In this document: in pieces, positions 8,732-17,002 of the stretch
Layout of the letters: the number at the start of each line of letters is the position of its first letter
How positions within the stretch are numbered: the first letter of the stretch is position 1
From: a virus
Lineage: Duplodnaviria > Caudoviricetes
Virus record (IMG/VR): IMGVR_UViG_3300020044_001178
Coordinates: 1-30,719 of that record
DNA length: 30,719 nt
Direction: 5' to 3' (one strand)
The notes under the pieces: generated by a model
What the model was told of the DNA's origin: nothing
The model's database searches: none
The model's input: only the letters and a program-made list of their open reading frames with translations
Position numbers and translations under genes: made by a program

Positions 8732-10741
8732 TTAAATTACCCCTGCCCGGTTAGCTGTGTTGTATATACTAGCTGCGCCCAACCCGCCAGCAAGCAGCTG
8801 TGAGCCTATCGAAGGAGAAGGAGCACTTTGTGTTTGTGTGCTGGTCATAGCCTGCGGTACACCGCTCATAATATTCATGTACTGCTGAAGCTGCGTATAC
8901 GGGTTATTGGCCTCCCGCATGAAGTCTGCATAGTCAAGGTCGATCATCTGCTGGTTAAGCGCCTGCTGTTGCGCAGCGGTGCTTTGCTGCATACCAAGTC
9001 GTGCTAGGTCCGCCTGCTGCTGTGCCGAACCAATGTTGCTAAGTGTCTGACCCATCTGGCCAGCCTGTGCTAGACCTGCAAGTCCTTGCTGCGAACCAAA
9101 CTGACGCGACTGCTCGGCCATACGCTGCATATCAAGGTTGGCCTGCTGGTTAGACTGAAGCGCAGCAAGACCCGTTTGAGCACCCAGCTGCTGTGTCTGT
9201 AACGCAGAGCTAAGGTTCTGTTGGCCGACCGTAAGTCCGGTCTGTTGGTTAGCCAGTGCAGCGCGCAGAGCGTTTTCGGCGTTCATACCTTGTGTCTGTA
9301 ACTGCGCTGCGAGGTTCTGGACGTTAGCCTTCGAAGCAGAGTCAAGATTAGCAAGTGCCGTCTGCATACCCGCCTGAGTACTAAGCTGTTGAGCCTGCAT
9401 CATAGCCTGCTGGTTTGACTGTGCACGAGTGACGTCCACACCTTGGTTGGCTAGTGAAGCGCGCAGAGCGTTTTCGGCGTTCATACCCTGAGCTTGTAAT
9501 TGCGCAGCTTGGTTGTTGACCCGCGCCTGTTGCTCGTTGGTTAGGTTAGCAAGTGCCATCTGCGTACCCGTCTGAGTACCCAATTGTTGCACACCTAGTT
9601 TAGCCGCGAGGTTCTGTTGGCCTATGGTGAGTCCCGCCTGCTGGTTGGCCAGTGCCGCCCTCATAGCATTGTCGGCGTTCATACCCTGAGCTTGGAACTG
9701 CTGCGCTTGGTTGTTGACCCGCGCCTGCTGCTCGTTGGATAAGTTAGCAAGTGCAGCCTGCATACCAGTGCTAACGCCAAGCTGCTGCTGCCCTAGTGCG
9801 GCCTGTAGGTTTTCCCTATCGGTAGTCATACCCGCTGCGCGGTCACGCTCAAACTGAGCTTGCGCATTTTCATACGCCGCTTGCGAACCACGTGCTTGGA
9901 TATCACCTAGTTGCGTACCCAGATTGCGCTCACGCTCAAGACCAGCAAGTAGCTGACGGCTACCACCATAAGTACCCTGACGCGCAGCGCCTAGGTCTTG
10001 AACAATCTGGCCCTTTTGTGCGTCACGAATAGCTTCGCGTTTCTGTATGTCCGTAACATTTTGCTGGAAGGGGGACATATACCGCTCGGCTTGCACACCA
10101 CCAAACTGCTCAGGACCTTCCATGCGGAACTGCTCAAGTGGGTCTTGACCAAAAGAAGTTTGTGCACCCTGCATATCGGATGCCTTAACTTTTCCAGCAC
10201 TAACATTACCTGCTTTACCCATCTGGAAGTTTTGGAGTTTTGGGTTGTACCCACTCTTTGCAGCTTGCATTGAGGACGCGCCTACGCCTAGTGCACCCAC
10301 ATCACGGGTATTACCCATCATGTAAGCTTGTACCTGCGGATTGAAGCCGGTCTGAGCAGTACCCATCTGGGGCGTGCCGTACTGCTGAGCTTGTACATTC
10401 TGCGGCGCGGTCATGCTATATTGTTGCAGGTTGGGCATACCAATCTGCTGCGAGCTAAACTGACCGGGAGTATACTGGCCCGCCTGAAGAGAACCAAGGC
10501 CCGCAGCGGTAGCTAGTGTTGTAGCGTCGCCAAACTGACCCGGCGTCTGCATTCCAGCGACTTGGTTCTGTAGGTTCTGCTGCTGCTGGGTAAACCCAGC
10601 AAGACGGTCTCGGTCGTAGATAGGAGTCGGAGCAGTGAGCAGAGAACTGGCCCGCTGCATCGCCATGTTATAGTAGGGCTGTTGAGACGGACCAATGTTC
10701 GATGTGGTCTGAACAACGTTCTGTGTGGTAGTTTTAGCCAT
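8732..10741 (-). CDS. Gln/Ala-rich probable ejection (DNA transfer) protein with internal repeats
   Basis: 669 aa; GTYGGSRQ motif; three imperfect ALANL..QQA..N..AQ.QAQGMNA(D/E)NA.RA.LANQ repeats; Gly-rich hydrophobic C-terminus; TAATG coupling to the upstream gene. Confidence 0.75.
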   Translation of the reverse strand: MAKTTTQNVVQTTSNIGPSQQPYYNMAMQRASSLLTAPTPIYDRDRLAGFTQQQQNLQNQVAGMQTPGQFGDATTLATAAGLGSLQAGQYTPGQFSSQQIGMPNLQQYSMTAPQNVQAQQYGTPQMGTAQTGFNPQVQAYMMGNTRDVGALGVGASSMQAAKSGYNPKLQNFQMGKAGNVSAGKVKASDMQGAQTSFGQDPLEQFRMEGPEQFGGVQAERYMSPFQQNVTDIQKREAIRDAQKGQIVQDLGAARQGTYGGSRQLLAGLERERNLGTQLGDIQARGSQAAYENAQAQFERDRAAGMTTDRENLQAALGQQQLGVSTGMQAALANLSNEQQARVNNQAQQFQAQGMNADNAMRAALANQQAGLTIGQQNLAAKLGVQQLGTQTGTQMALANLTNEQQARVNNQAAQLQAQGMNAENALRASLANQGVDVTRAQSNQQAMMQAQQLSTQAGMQTALANLDSASKANVQNLAAQLQTQGMNAENALRAALANQQTGLTVGQQNLSSALQTQQLGAQTGLAALQSNQQANLDMQRMAEQSRQFGSQQGLAGLAQAGQMGQTLSNIGSAQQQADLARLGMQQSTAAQQQALNQQMIDLDYADFMREANNPYTQLQQYMNIMSGVPQAMTSTQTQSAPSPSIGSQLLAGGLGAASIYNTANRAGVI

Positions 10742-12234
10742 TATGCAAGCCCCCTAAGGATATTCCGTTGCTGCCCTCGTTTAGTTGCCTTGTGGGCTTC
10801 GTTCATCATAGCATATAGTTTGTTAGCGCCGCGCTTAGGGTCCCCTTTACCGATACGACGCACAGCTTCTGGTGGCATATATACTTCACCCGCAGCAACA
10901 CGAGCAGGCTGATTATTGCCTATACGGGCAGGGATACTATCACTTACACCGTCACCGGGACCATTAATTGGGACGCCGCCCAGTGCTTTAAACCGTTCCT
11001 GACCTGCCTGATTTAAACCATTACCAGCTTCGGCTGTTGAACGGGCATCTACTATAAACCCACCGTTAGCAATTTGTAGTTCTCCACCTGCGGAGTAACC
11101 CATGCCTTCTTCCTCTTCGGGGGCGACCATAGCCTCCTCAGGGTTAACCATACCTTCATTAGGGTCAACACCGCCCATATAGGTAACGGGTTGGAAGTTA
11201 TACATGTTCTGGCCCTTCTTAGCATTAGGGTTCAGCACTGGCTGCATTATCTGCGTACCGCGCACTGTGTGGGAACCCGGCTGTACGACCTGACCCATTG
11301 TGTTATAGATTTCAGGCATATCTACATCAAAATACTTTTGCTGGCCACCGTCGCCCGCAAGTATGTCTTCAGTCGTACCTGAATATATTTGCTTACGAGG
11401 CTGCGCATAGTACGGACCTTGGAAGGAGTTATCAACTTGACCAGCCGGTCCTGCTACACTGCCACCCGAAGGAGCCATTGCGCCGCTAACACCCTGCATA
11501 AGACCAGAAGCAGCCAGCATAGGTGCGGCTTTACCAATGATACCGCCCGGAAGTCCGGCACCAGCAGCTTGACCAAACCGTGACATTATACCGCCTGTGA
11601 ACTGAGGTGCAGCCGCCGAAGCATTAGCAGCACCGTATTTAGTGGCATTAGCCGCAACTTCACGCGCCATGTCAGCAGATGATCCAAAACCACTAACGGC
11701 ACCACCAGCAACATTAGTAGGAATAGTACCTAGGCCCATATTAGCGCCGAAGATACCGGAATTGCCACTCAGTGTCCCGAACCCAGTCTTCGAGATGGCA
11801 CCACCAAGACCAGCAGCGCCAGCAAGTGAAGCGCCGCCATATGCGCCGAGACCAGCCATTAGACCTTTCTTAAGGCTACCTGTTTTAAGTACAGAGCCAG
11901 CAGCGACAAGACCCGCAGCAAGCGGGGCACCGACGCCAGTAGCCGCTAGGAGTCCACCGATAAGCGTAGGAGCTAGTTTCTTAAGTATCTTGCCTAAGAA
12001 ACCAGCTTCGGGAAGACCTGTTTCTGGGTTAATGGTAAGTGAGCCGCCATGTGCCATGGCCAGACCCTGAAGACTGTTAATCTCACCGGGAGTCATGTGC
12101 ACGAGCATCGTATCTTCGCCGCGACCTTGCGCCTGAACTTGCTGGGCCATAGGGGCCATAGGGGCACTAAGAGCGGCTAAACCGCCCTCTGCCATCCCGT
12201 ACGGCTGCTCCATCTGTTGAAAGTCCATTGTCAT
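10741..12234 (-). CDS. probable ejection/pilot protein
   Basis: GRGEDTMLVHMTPGE...TINPETGLPEA motif followed by a Gly/Ala-rich hydrophobic segment; C-terminal GPGDGVSDSIPA...GEVYMP module of the type also seen in tape-measure proteins. Confidence 0.72.
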   Translation of the reverse strand: MTMDFQQMEQPYGMAEGGLAALSAPMAPMAQQVQAQGRGEDTMLVHMTPGEINSLQGLAMAHGGSLTINPETGLPEAGFLGKILKKLAPTLIGGLLAATGVGAPLAAGLVAAGSVLKTGSLKKGLMAGLGAYGGASLAGAAGLGGAISKTGFGTLSGNSGIFGANMGLGTIPTNVAGGAVSGFGSSADMAREVAANATKYGAANASAAAPQFTGGIMSRFGQAAGAGLPGGIIGKAAPMLAASGLMQGVSGAMAPSGGSVAGPAGQVDNSFQGPYYAQPRKQIYSGTTEDILAGDGGQQKYFDVDMPEIYNTMGQVVQPGSHTVRGTQIMQPVLNPNAKKGQNMYNFQPVTYMGGVDPNEGMVNPEEAMVAPEEEEGMGYSAGGELQIANGGFIVDARSTAEAGNGLNQAGQERFKALGGVPINGPGDGVSDSIPARIGNNQPARVAAGEVYMPPEAVRRIGKGDPKRGANKLYAMMNEAHKATKRGQQRNILRGLA

Positions 12235-12255
12235 CTACCCTACCTTATCACTACG

Positions 12256-12284
12256 CTTATAGCGGCAATCTGCTCAAAACTAAA
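12256..12284 (-). promoter_or_regulatory. possible promoter for the ejection-gene block
   Basis: Minus strand TTTAGT-17 nt-TATAAG (GCTATA context) in one of the few intergenic gaps; weak -35. Confidence 0.3.
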
Positions 12285-12295
12285 GCCCTTACACG

Positions 12296-13003
12296 TCATA
12301 CAGACCTCGACACAAAATTAACATCTATAATGGCAGACGGTGTAGCTGGGATAGCTGGGGTCACACCTGCGGAATAAGTTACTGCAGGGAGATGTTCCAT
12401 AACAACGCTTGTGCTTGTAGTGCGCCACATAACCTCAACCCATACACCTGCGGCTTCAGCAAAGCCTGTGAACGGCGTCACGGTCACAAGATAAGACGGA
12501 GAGCCAGTTGATTTACGCGGGGGGATGGTAAACTTGCTGTTGGAGTTGGGCACGTCGGTCGTCGTCGTGCCGTTATAGTAGCGGAACCAGATGTCCACTT
12601 CCTGCGTATCGTTGGTTGGGTTGGCGAACGACAGGCTATAGGTCATCGTGTATATGCCGGGTTCCGTAAAGGTAATCTGCGTGTCGTTTGCACCTGAGGT
12701 GTATATGCCGTTAGTGAAGCTGGTCTCTTCCAACTTAACTGCATAGGCTTGGTCGATAGCCGCAGCAGTCTGGTCCACCATGCTGTAGAACTGATTATAG
12801 GGGACGTAGACGTCCACCCCGTTACCATGCAGGTTACCACCAAAAAAGTCGTCAGCCGTATAGCTCTCGGCAAAATTGGGTGTCTTCGAGTCAAGCTGCG
12901 AGAAGTAGCTCTCCAACACACGGATAAACTGCCGTATATGCTGCGGGTCATATTCTGCCGGTGGCTGGGGCAAAGGCGCGGCGCGGAACCTAGTAAGGGC
13001 CAT
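12296..13003 (-). CDS. tail-associated virion protein with beta-rich C-terminal domain (C1q/BclA-like guess)
   Basis: LPQPPAEYD..I.Q..R.LE.YF N-terminus directly after the nozzle gene; ITFTEPGIYTMTYSLSF strand pattern. Confidence 0.6.
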   Translation of the reverse strand: MALTRFRAAPLPQPPAEYDPQHIRQFIRVLESYFSQLDSKTPNFAESYTADDFFGGNLHGNGVDVYVPYNQFYSMVDQTAAAIDQAYAVKLEETSFTNGIYTSGANDTQITFTEPGIYTMTYSLSFANPTNDTQEVDIWFRYYNGTTTTDVPNSNSKFTIPPRKSTGSPSYLVTVTPFTGFAEAAGVWVEVMWRTTSTSVVMEHLPAVTYSAGVTPAIPATPSAIIDVNFVSRSV

Positions 13004-13005
13004 GG

Positions 13006-14925
13006 TTACCTCTTACCATCCGGACGTGCGTCAACACGCGGAGTTCCAAGCTGCCACTGCACACCAAGTGCATCTGAGGAAATCTTGAAGGCCATGGCGC
13101 GGGCACGGGCACGGATGAACACCTGCGGAGTGAACTGGGTTATAGAGGTAGATATAACCCGCTGCGAGTCTGCAGCGTCATTGGAGACCGGCCCACCGGG
13201 GAAGCTACGGGGGAAGAGCGTCATCGTCGCTTCTGGAGCACTAGCAGATGAAGTGGCAAAGTTAACATCGGGGATGACGCGCCGCGTCAACATAAACTGG
13301 TCACCCTCACCGAGTTCGAAATCGGACGAGAGAATGTAGCTATCCATCGCTACTCCGTCGTCATCTGTGCCGACTTCGTGCGAATAGAGGTAGCCAATAC
13401 TGGTGCTCAGGTCGGTGTTTGCCGCTTGTGGCGCAGGGCGTAGGGCCGTGTCCAGCCATGCCGTACGGTCAATGCTACCATAATACCAGATGCGCTCAAG
13501 GTGGTTATAGACAACATAAGCATCGTTATAGTCGCTCTGCGCGGTTGGGTAGAACCACCATATCTCGTTCCACTGCTCGTTGGTGCCGCAGACCACTTGA
13601 CCTGCTTGGTCTACGTTGAAGTTCGTAAAGACATGGTTACGTAGGGTGCAGGGGAGTGTCTCGACGCGACCAGTGTATGTGTAGAACTTGTCTTGGCCCA
13701 TCCAGTAAGTGACGCTGGCCGCTGTAGCCACGGCGCGGGGGCTCATGATCGAGATGTTATCCGCGTACTCCTGAAGCGCAAAGACGTCAGTCGTGCCAAG
13801 AAACTGGAGTGTGTATAGGTGTGTATCGGTCCAGACCAAGATTTCCTGCCGAGTAGGCAGTGCCCGTACGATACGCGAGCCGCGTGAAACCCGAAGGTCA
13901 CCTGCGGTATTTGTTTGGGTCGGTGTCCAATCGCTTGGAGTATCTTGGTCTGCCCACCGGATAAGCATAGGGTCAAAGTCAGCCGTGCTTGTCGAACCGA
14001 AAGGAACCGCACCAAAGGCAATAAGGTGCCTGTCTTGCTGAGAGACCATAAGCTGCATGATCTGCGCTGGGACTGCGTCGGGGTCGTGCCCGTTTGCAGT
14101 GGCGTATGCCTTCAGTGAAATCGCTCGGATAGCCAAGGGCACCCCGGGGTCAGCATTGGTACCGCGTTCCCACCAGTAGCCCGCCCCGTTGCGCACGTTT
14201 GCAACAAGGTCATTATCAAAATTGTCGAACCACCAGTCGCGCTGGGGTAAGAATATCGGCGCACCGGTAGTACCAAGACCCCAAGCGTCGCGTCCCCACG
14301 CACCAACACCCCAGCCATAACCCTCTGTAGCAACTGCATTTCCGGACTGAAGTAGGAAGTCGATATCTATTGCCGTGCCGCCGCCGCCTGTCACCGTCGA
14401 GGTTGCGCTAGTAGCAACAGTAAAAGTAAACGATGTAGAAGACGTTTTCGTAACTTTGTGCTCAGCATTAATCTGTGCGTCTGGAACCCCACCCACGTCA
14501 CCGGCAACACCAGAGATAATTACATAGTCTCCGGTTTCCGCCCCGTGGACTACACTAAGCGTCACGGTTATAGTATTAGAGCCGTTCGTGGTAAATATGC
14601 AGTTGTCGGTGCTTGGAGAAGATATGGTGGGGGTGGTAGACCGCAAGGGGGTGATGTCGTAGTAGTTTCCCCCCGCCTCGATATAGAGCTTCTCGTTGGT
14701 GCCTACCGCCAGAAAGTTGTCTGAGTAGGTTGTAATCCAATTCCACATCTGGCGACATACGCCGACGAACGGGATATTCGAACTCTTAACCCAGCCCCCT
14801 AGCTTCTCAGGATAACCAGAACGGAACCTAATTTTGTCGCACTCGTTCCACCCACCCGTGTTGGTGTAGTTAGTCTGGTCTCGGTTCACACCGGGCCGGA
14901 AAGTGAGTTTTATGAGCTGGCTCAC
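13006..14925 (-). CDS. tail nozzle / DNA stabilisation protein (P22 gp10 / T7 gp12-like position and size)
   Basis: ~640 aa with Trp/Gly-rich propeller-like repeats (IRWADQ, EILVWTD, YWMG, EIWWFYP). Start placed at GTG 14923-14925 because it overlaps the stop of an upstream mini-ORF; the ORF track start is 14940. Confidence 0.75.
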   Translation of the reverse strand: MSQLIKLTFRPGVNRDQTNYTNTGGWNECDKIRFRSGYPEKLGGWVKSSNIPFVGVCRQMWNWITTYSDNFLAVGTNEKLYIEAGGNYYDITPLRSTTPTISSPSTDNCIFTTNGSNTITVTLSVVHGAETGDYVIISGVAGDVGGVPDAQINAEHKVTKTSSTSFTFTVATSATSTVTGGGGTAIDIDFLLQSGNAVATEGYGWGVGAWGRDAWGLGTTGAPIFLPQRDWWFDNFDNDLVANVRNGAGYWWERGTNADPGVPLAIRAISLKAYATANGHDPDAVPAQIMQLMVSQQDRHLIAFGAVPFGSTSTADFDPMLIRWADQDTPSDWTPTQTNTAGDLRVSRGSRIVRALPTRQEILVWTDTHLYTLQFLGTTDVFALQEYADNISIMSPRAVATAASVTYWMGQDKFYTYTGRVETLPCTLRNHVFTNFNVDQAGQVVCGTNEQWNEIWWFYPTAQSDYNDAYVVYNHLERIWYYGSIDRTAWLDTALRPAPQAANTDLSTSIGYLYSHEVGTDDDGVAMDSYILSSDFELGEGDQFMLTRRVIPDVNFATSSASAPEATMTLFPRSFPGGPVSNDAADSQRVISTSITQFTPQVFIRARARAMAFKISSDALGVQWQLGTPRVDARPDGKR

Positions 14926-14966
14926 GGTTTCGTTGACCACACTATGTTGAAGGGATCGGACTGCAT
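14922..14966 (-). CDS. 14-aa mini-ORF (MQSDPFNIVWSTKP)
   Basis: TAAGGA SD 6 nt before ATG; its TGA overlaps the GTG of the nozzle gene (GTGA). Confidence 0.4.
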   Translation of the reverse strand: MQSDPFNIVWSTKP

Positions 14967-14975
14967 GGGATGTCC

Positions 14976-15704
14976 TTATGCTGGGCGAAGGGCTAAAGTG
15001 ACTGAGGCTGAAGAGTAGGTGGTGCTGTCTGCTTCACTAAACGTAAATTGCGCGGGGTCAAATGATCCAAAAGTCCAAATTTTATATCCAACCCCGATGG
15101 TGACATCGTTTGTGTCACCTTGTCCAACGGAAGTAAATCCAGTCAAGTCTGAACTTGAGAACGTTTGACCCCCTCCCTCGTTGTGTGCGCCAGCGCCGCC
15201 AGAAATGATGATAGCGCCTCTTGTTATTGGCGTGATTGCCGGTGGGTCGCAAAGGACACTGTTTGTTGTGGTTGCCGTTGTCGATGTTACATCAAGTGGA
15301 GTAACTGCATCGACACCGCGCCAGACCTGAACAATGGCAGCGCCAGCATCGTTGGTGCTAAGTGAGCCGCCCGTGAATGTAAGGAAAATAGTATCAGAAG
15401 AGGCTCCTGTTAAACGTCTGTATGCAACGGCAAGGTTGGTGTCAAAAGTGCTATTGGCGTGAAGTTCAGTAACTTCGGTGTATGGGATGCTGGCGCTACC
15501 AATGACTAGATTGCGGTCAGCAGTAGACCCAGTGCCGAAGTAGACAATAACGAAATCACCAACGGACGGCGATGTATTCGATCCGCCAGTTAAAGTACCA
15601 CTTAGCGATACAGTTACGTTACTTGTCGTCCCTTCAAAAGCAACAGTGCGGCCACCAACATACTGAATGGCGCTACCTACTCCTAATAGTCTCTGAAATA
15701 GCAT
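14976..15704 (-). CDS. Ser/Thr/Gly-rich beta-structured tail fibre-associated protein
   Basis: ATG at 15702-15704 overlaps the upstream TAA (TAATG), giving 242 aa starting MLFQRLLG; ends SVTLALRPA. Confidence 0.7.
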   Translation of the reverse strand: MLFQRLLGVGSAIQYVGGRTVAFEGTTSNVTVSLSGTLTGGSNTSPSVGDFVIVYFGTGSTADRNLVIGSASIPYTEVTELHANSTFDTNLAVAYRRLTGASSDTIFLTFTGGSLSTNDAGAAIVQVWRGVDAVTPLDVTSTTATTTNSVLCDPPAITPITRGAIIISGGAGAHNEGGGQTFSSSDLTGFTSVGQGDTNDVTIGVGYKIWTFGSFDPAQFTFSEADSTTYSSASVTLALRPA

Positions 15705-16993
15705 TAGGCCACCTGCCCGACCAGTGAGCCGTAGACAGTCGTGCCGACCTTCCAGAGTGTGATGACGGTAAACCCGCCAGAAGGAAGCAGAGATGGAGGA
15801 GACCCACCAACCCAGACAACGCCAATGGTTGTCCAATCGACCGTAAAAGCGGAAGCCGTGTCATTAACCATCAATGTAATTGACTGCCCAGCCGCCCAGC
15901 TTGCCTGAGTCGGTGTCCTGTTCGCACCCAGTGTCCATGTCTGAATGCTACCATTGTTTGGGTTAAGCACCGCGCCAGCGGTATCGACGACAGCAAATAC
16001 CTCTTCAGTGTAACCGTCGTTCAGGACAGCGCCTCCGATGGTCTTGTTCGTTAATGTCTGTGTGTCAGTGGTGCCGACCACGGCACCTGACGGGATAACT
16101 TTCTGCGCCGCTGCACCGTCGATGTTGCCGCTTGCGTTGGACAAGACAAAGCTGGAGGCCGCAATGCCGCTAAGTGTATTGTCGTCTGCACTGATGGTCT
16201 TGTTCGTCAGCGTCTGGATGTCAGTCAGGCCAACTGCACCAATCTCTGTACGTGCGACTGCGGCGTTAGTTGCAGTGAAAACATTTGAGCCAACTGCCGT
16301 TGCACCGAGCTCTGTACGTGCAACTGCGGCGTTAGATGCAGTAAAAACATTTGAACCAACTGCCGTTGCACCAATCTCCGTGCGCACTACTGCGGCATTA
16401 GCCGCTGTAAAAATGTTGGAGCCAGTTGCCGTTGCACCGATCTCCGTGCGCACTACTGCGCCGTTAGCTGCAGTGAAGATGTTTGAGCCAGTAGCAGTAG
16501 CTCCTAGTCCTGCCTGCGCAGTTGCCTGCGTATTTCCACCAGTACCGCCCGAAGCGACTGGGAGCGTAGTGCCAAGAGTAAGCGAGGTGAGGTGGTTTGC
16601 TACGTCTACGACGTTTGTAGCGTCGCTGTATACCCACATGGTTTTACCCGCAGGGACGGTGATGCCAGTGCCAGCACTTGTCTTGACTACTACCGAGTCT
16701 GCGCAGTCGTTCTGTACAATATAAGGCTTCTCGACATCAGGTACGACAAGGTTCCGCGTAGACCCACCTGTGGCCCCTGTGCAGCGCAAGCGCATATTGC
16801 GCGCAGGTTGCGAAGAGTTGGTATCGGTCAACGTCAGCGTCTGGTTGTTGCTGGCAAAGGTAACATCAGCAGAACCAACAATGGCTTCCTCAAGCGCAGT
16901 GCCGAGGTTGACGTTAGTGACGTTGCCCCACGTTGTGGAGTTCTCGCCTGTGGCCATCAACTGAATTTTAAGGTTGCTATATGTACTTGGCAT
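15704..16993 (-). CDS. tail fibre/spike protein
   Basis: MPSTYSNLKIQLMATGENSTTWG N-terminal attachment-type domain; 22-aa repeats; two QTLTNKT motifs; AAGGA SD. Confidence 0.78.
   Translation of the reverse strand: MPSTYSNLKIQLMATGENSTTWGNVTNVNLGTALEEAIVGSADVTFASNNQTLTLTDTNSSQPARNMRLRCTGATGGSTRNLVVPDVEKPYIVQNDCADSVVVKTSAGTGITVPAGKTMWVYSDATNVVDVANHLTSLTLGTTLPVASGGTGGNTQATAQAGLGATATGSNIFTAANGAVVRTEIGATATGSNIFTAANAAVVRTEIGATAVGSNVFTASNAAVARTELGATAVGSNVFTATNAAVARTEIGAVGLTDIQTLTNKTISADDNTLSGIAASSFVLSNASGNIDGAAAQKVIPSGAVVGTTDTQTLTNKTIGGAVLNDGYTEEVFAVVDTAGAVLNPNNGSIQTWTLGANRTPTQASWAAGQSITLMVNDTASAFTVDWTTIGVVWVGGSPPSLLPSGGFTVITLWKVGTTVYGSLVGQVA
16235..16505. repeat. 66-nt coding repeat x4 (GATA(T/V)GSN(I/V)FTAxNxAV(V/A)RTE(I/L))
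   Basis: Visible in both protein and DNA, with many third-position differences. Confidence 0.9.
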
Positions 16994-17002
16994 CTTAGTT
17001 CC

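Noticed and set aside
10741-11000. GPGDGVSDSIPA module as evidence of a tape-measure protein
   Set aside because: The protein is under 500 aa, and no tail tube or chaperone frameshift pair was recognised; gene order fits a short-tailed phage.
15705-15836. N-terminal extension of the 14976..15836 ORF
   Set aside because: Overlaps the upstream fibre gene by over 130 nt; the TAATG-coupled ATG at 15704 is the better start. The same logic applies to the track starts at 25955 and 27763.
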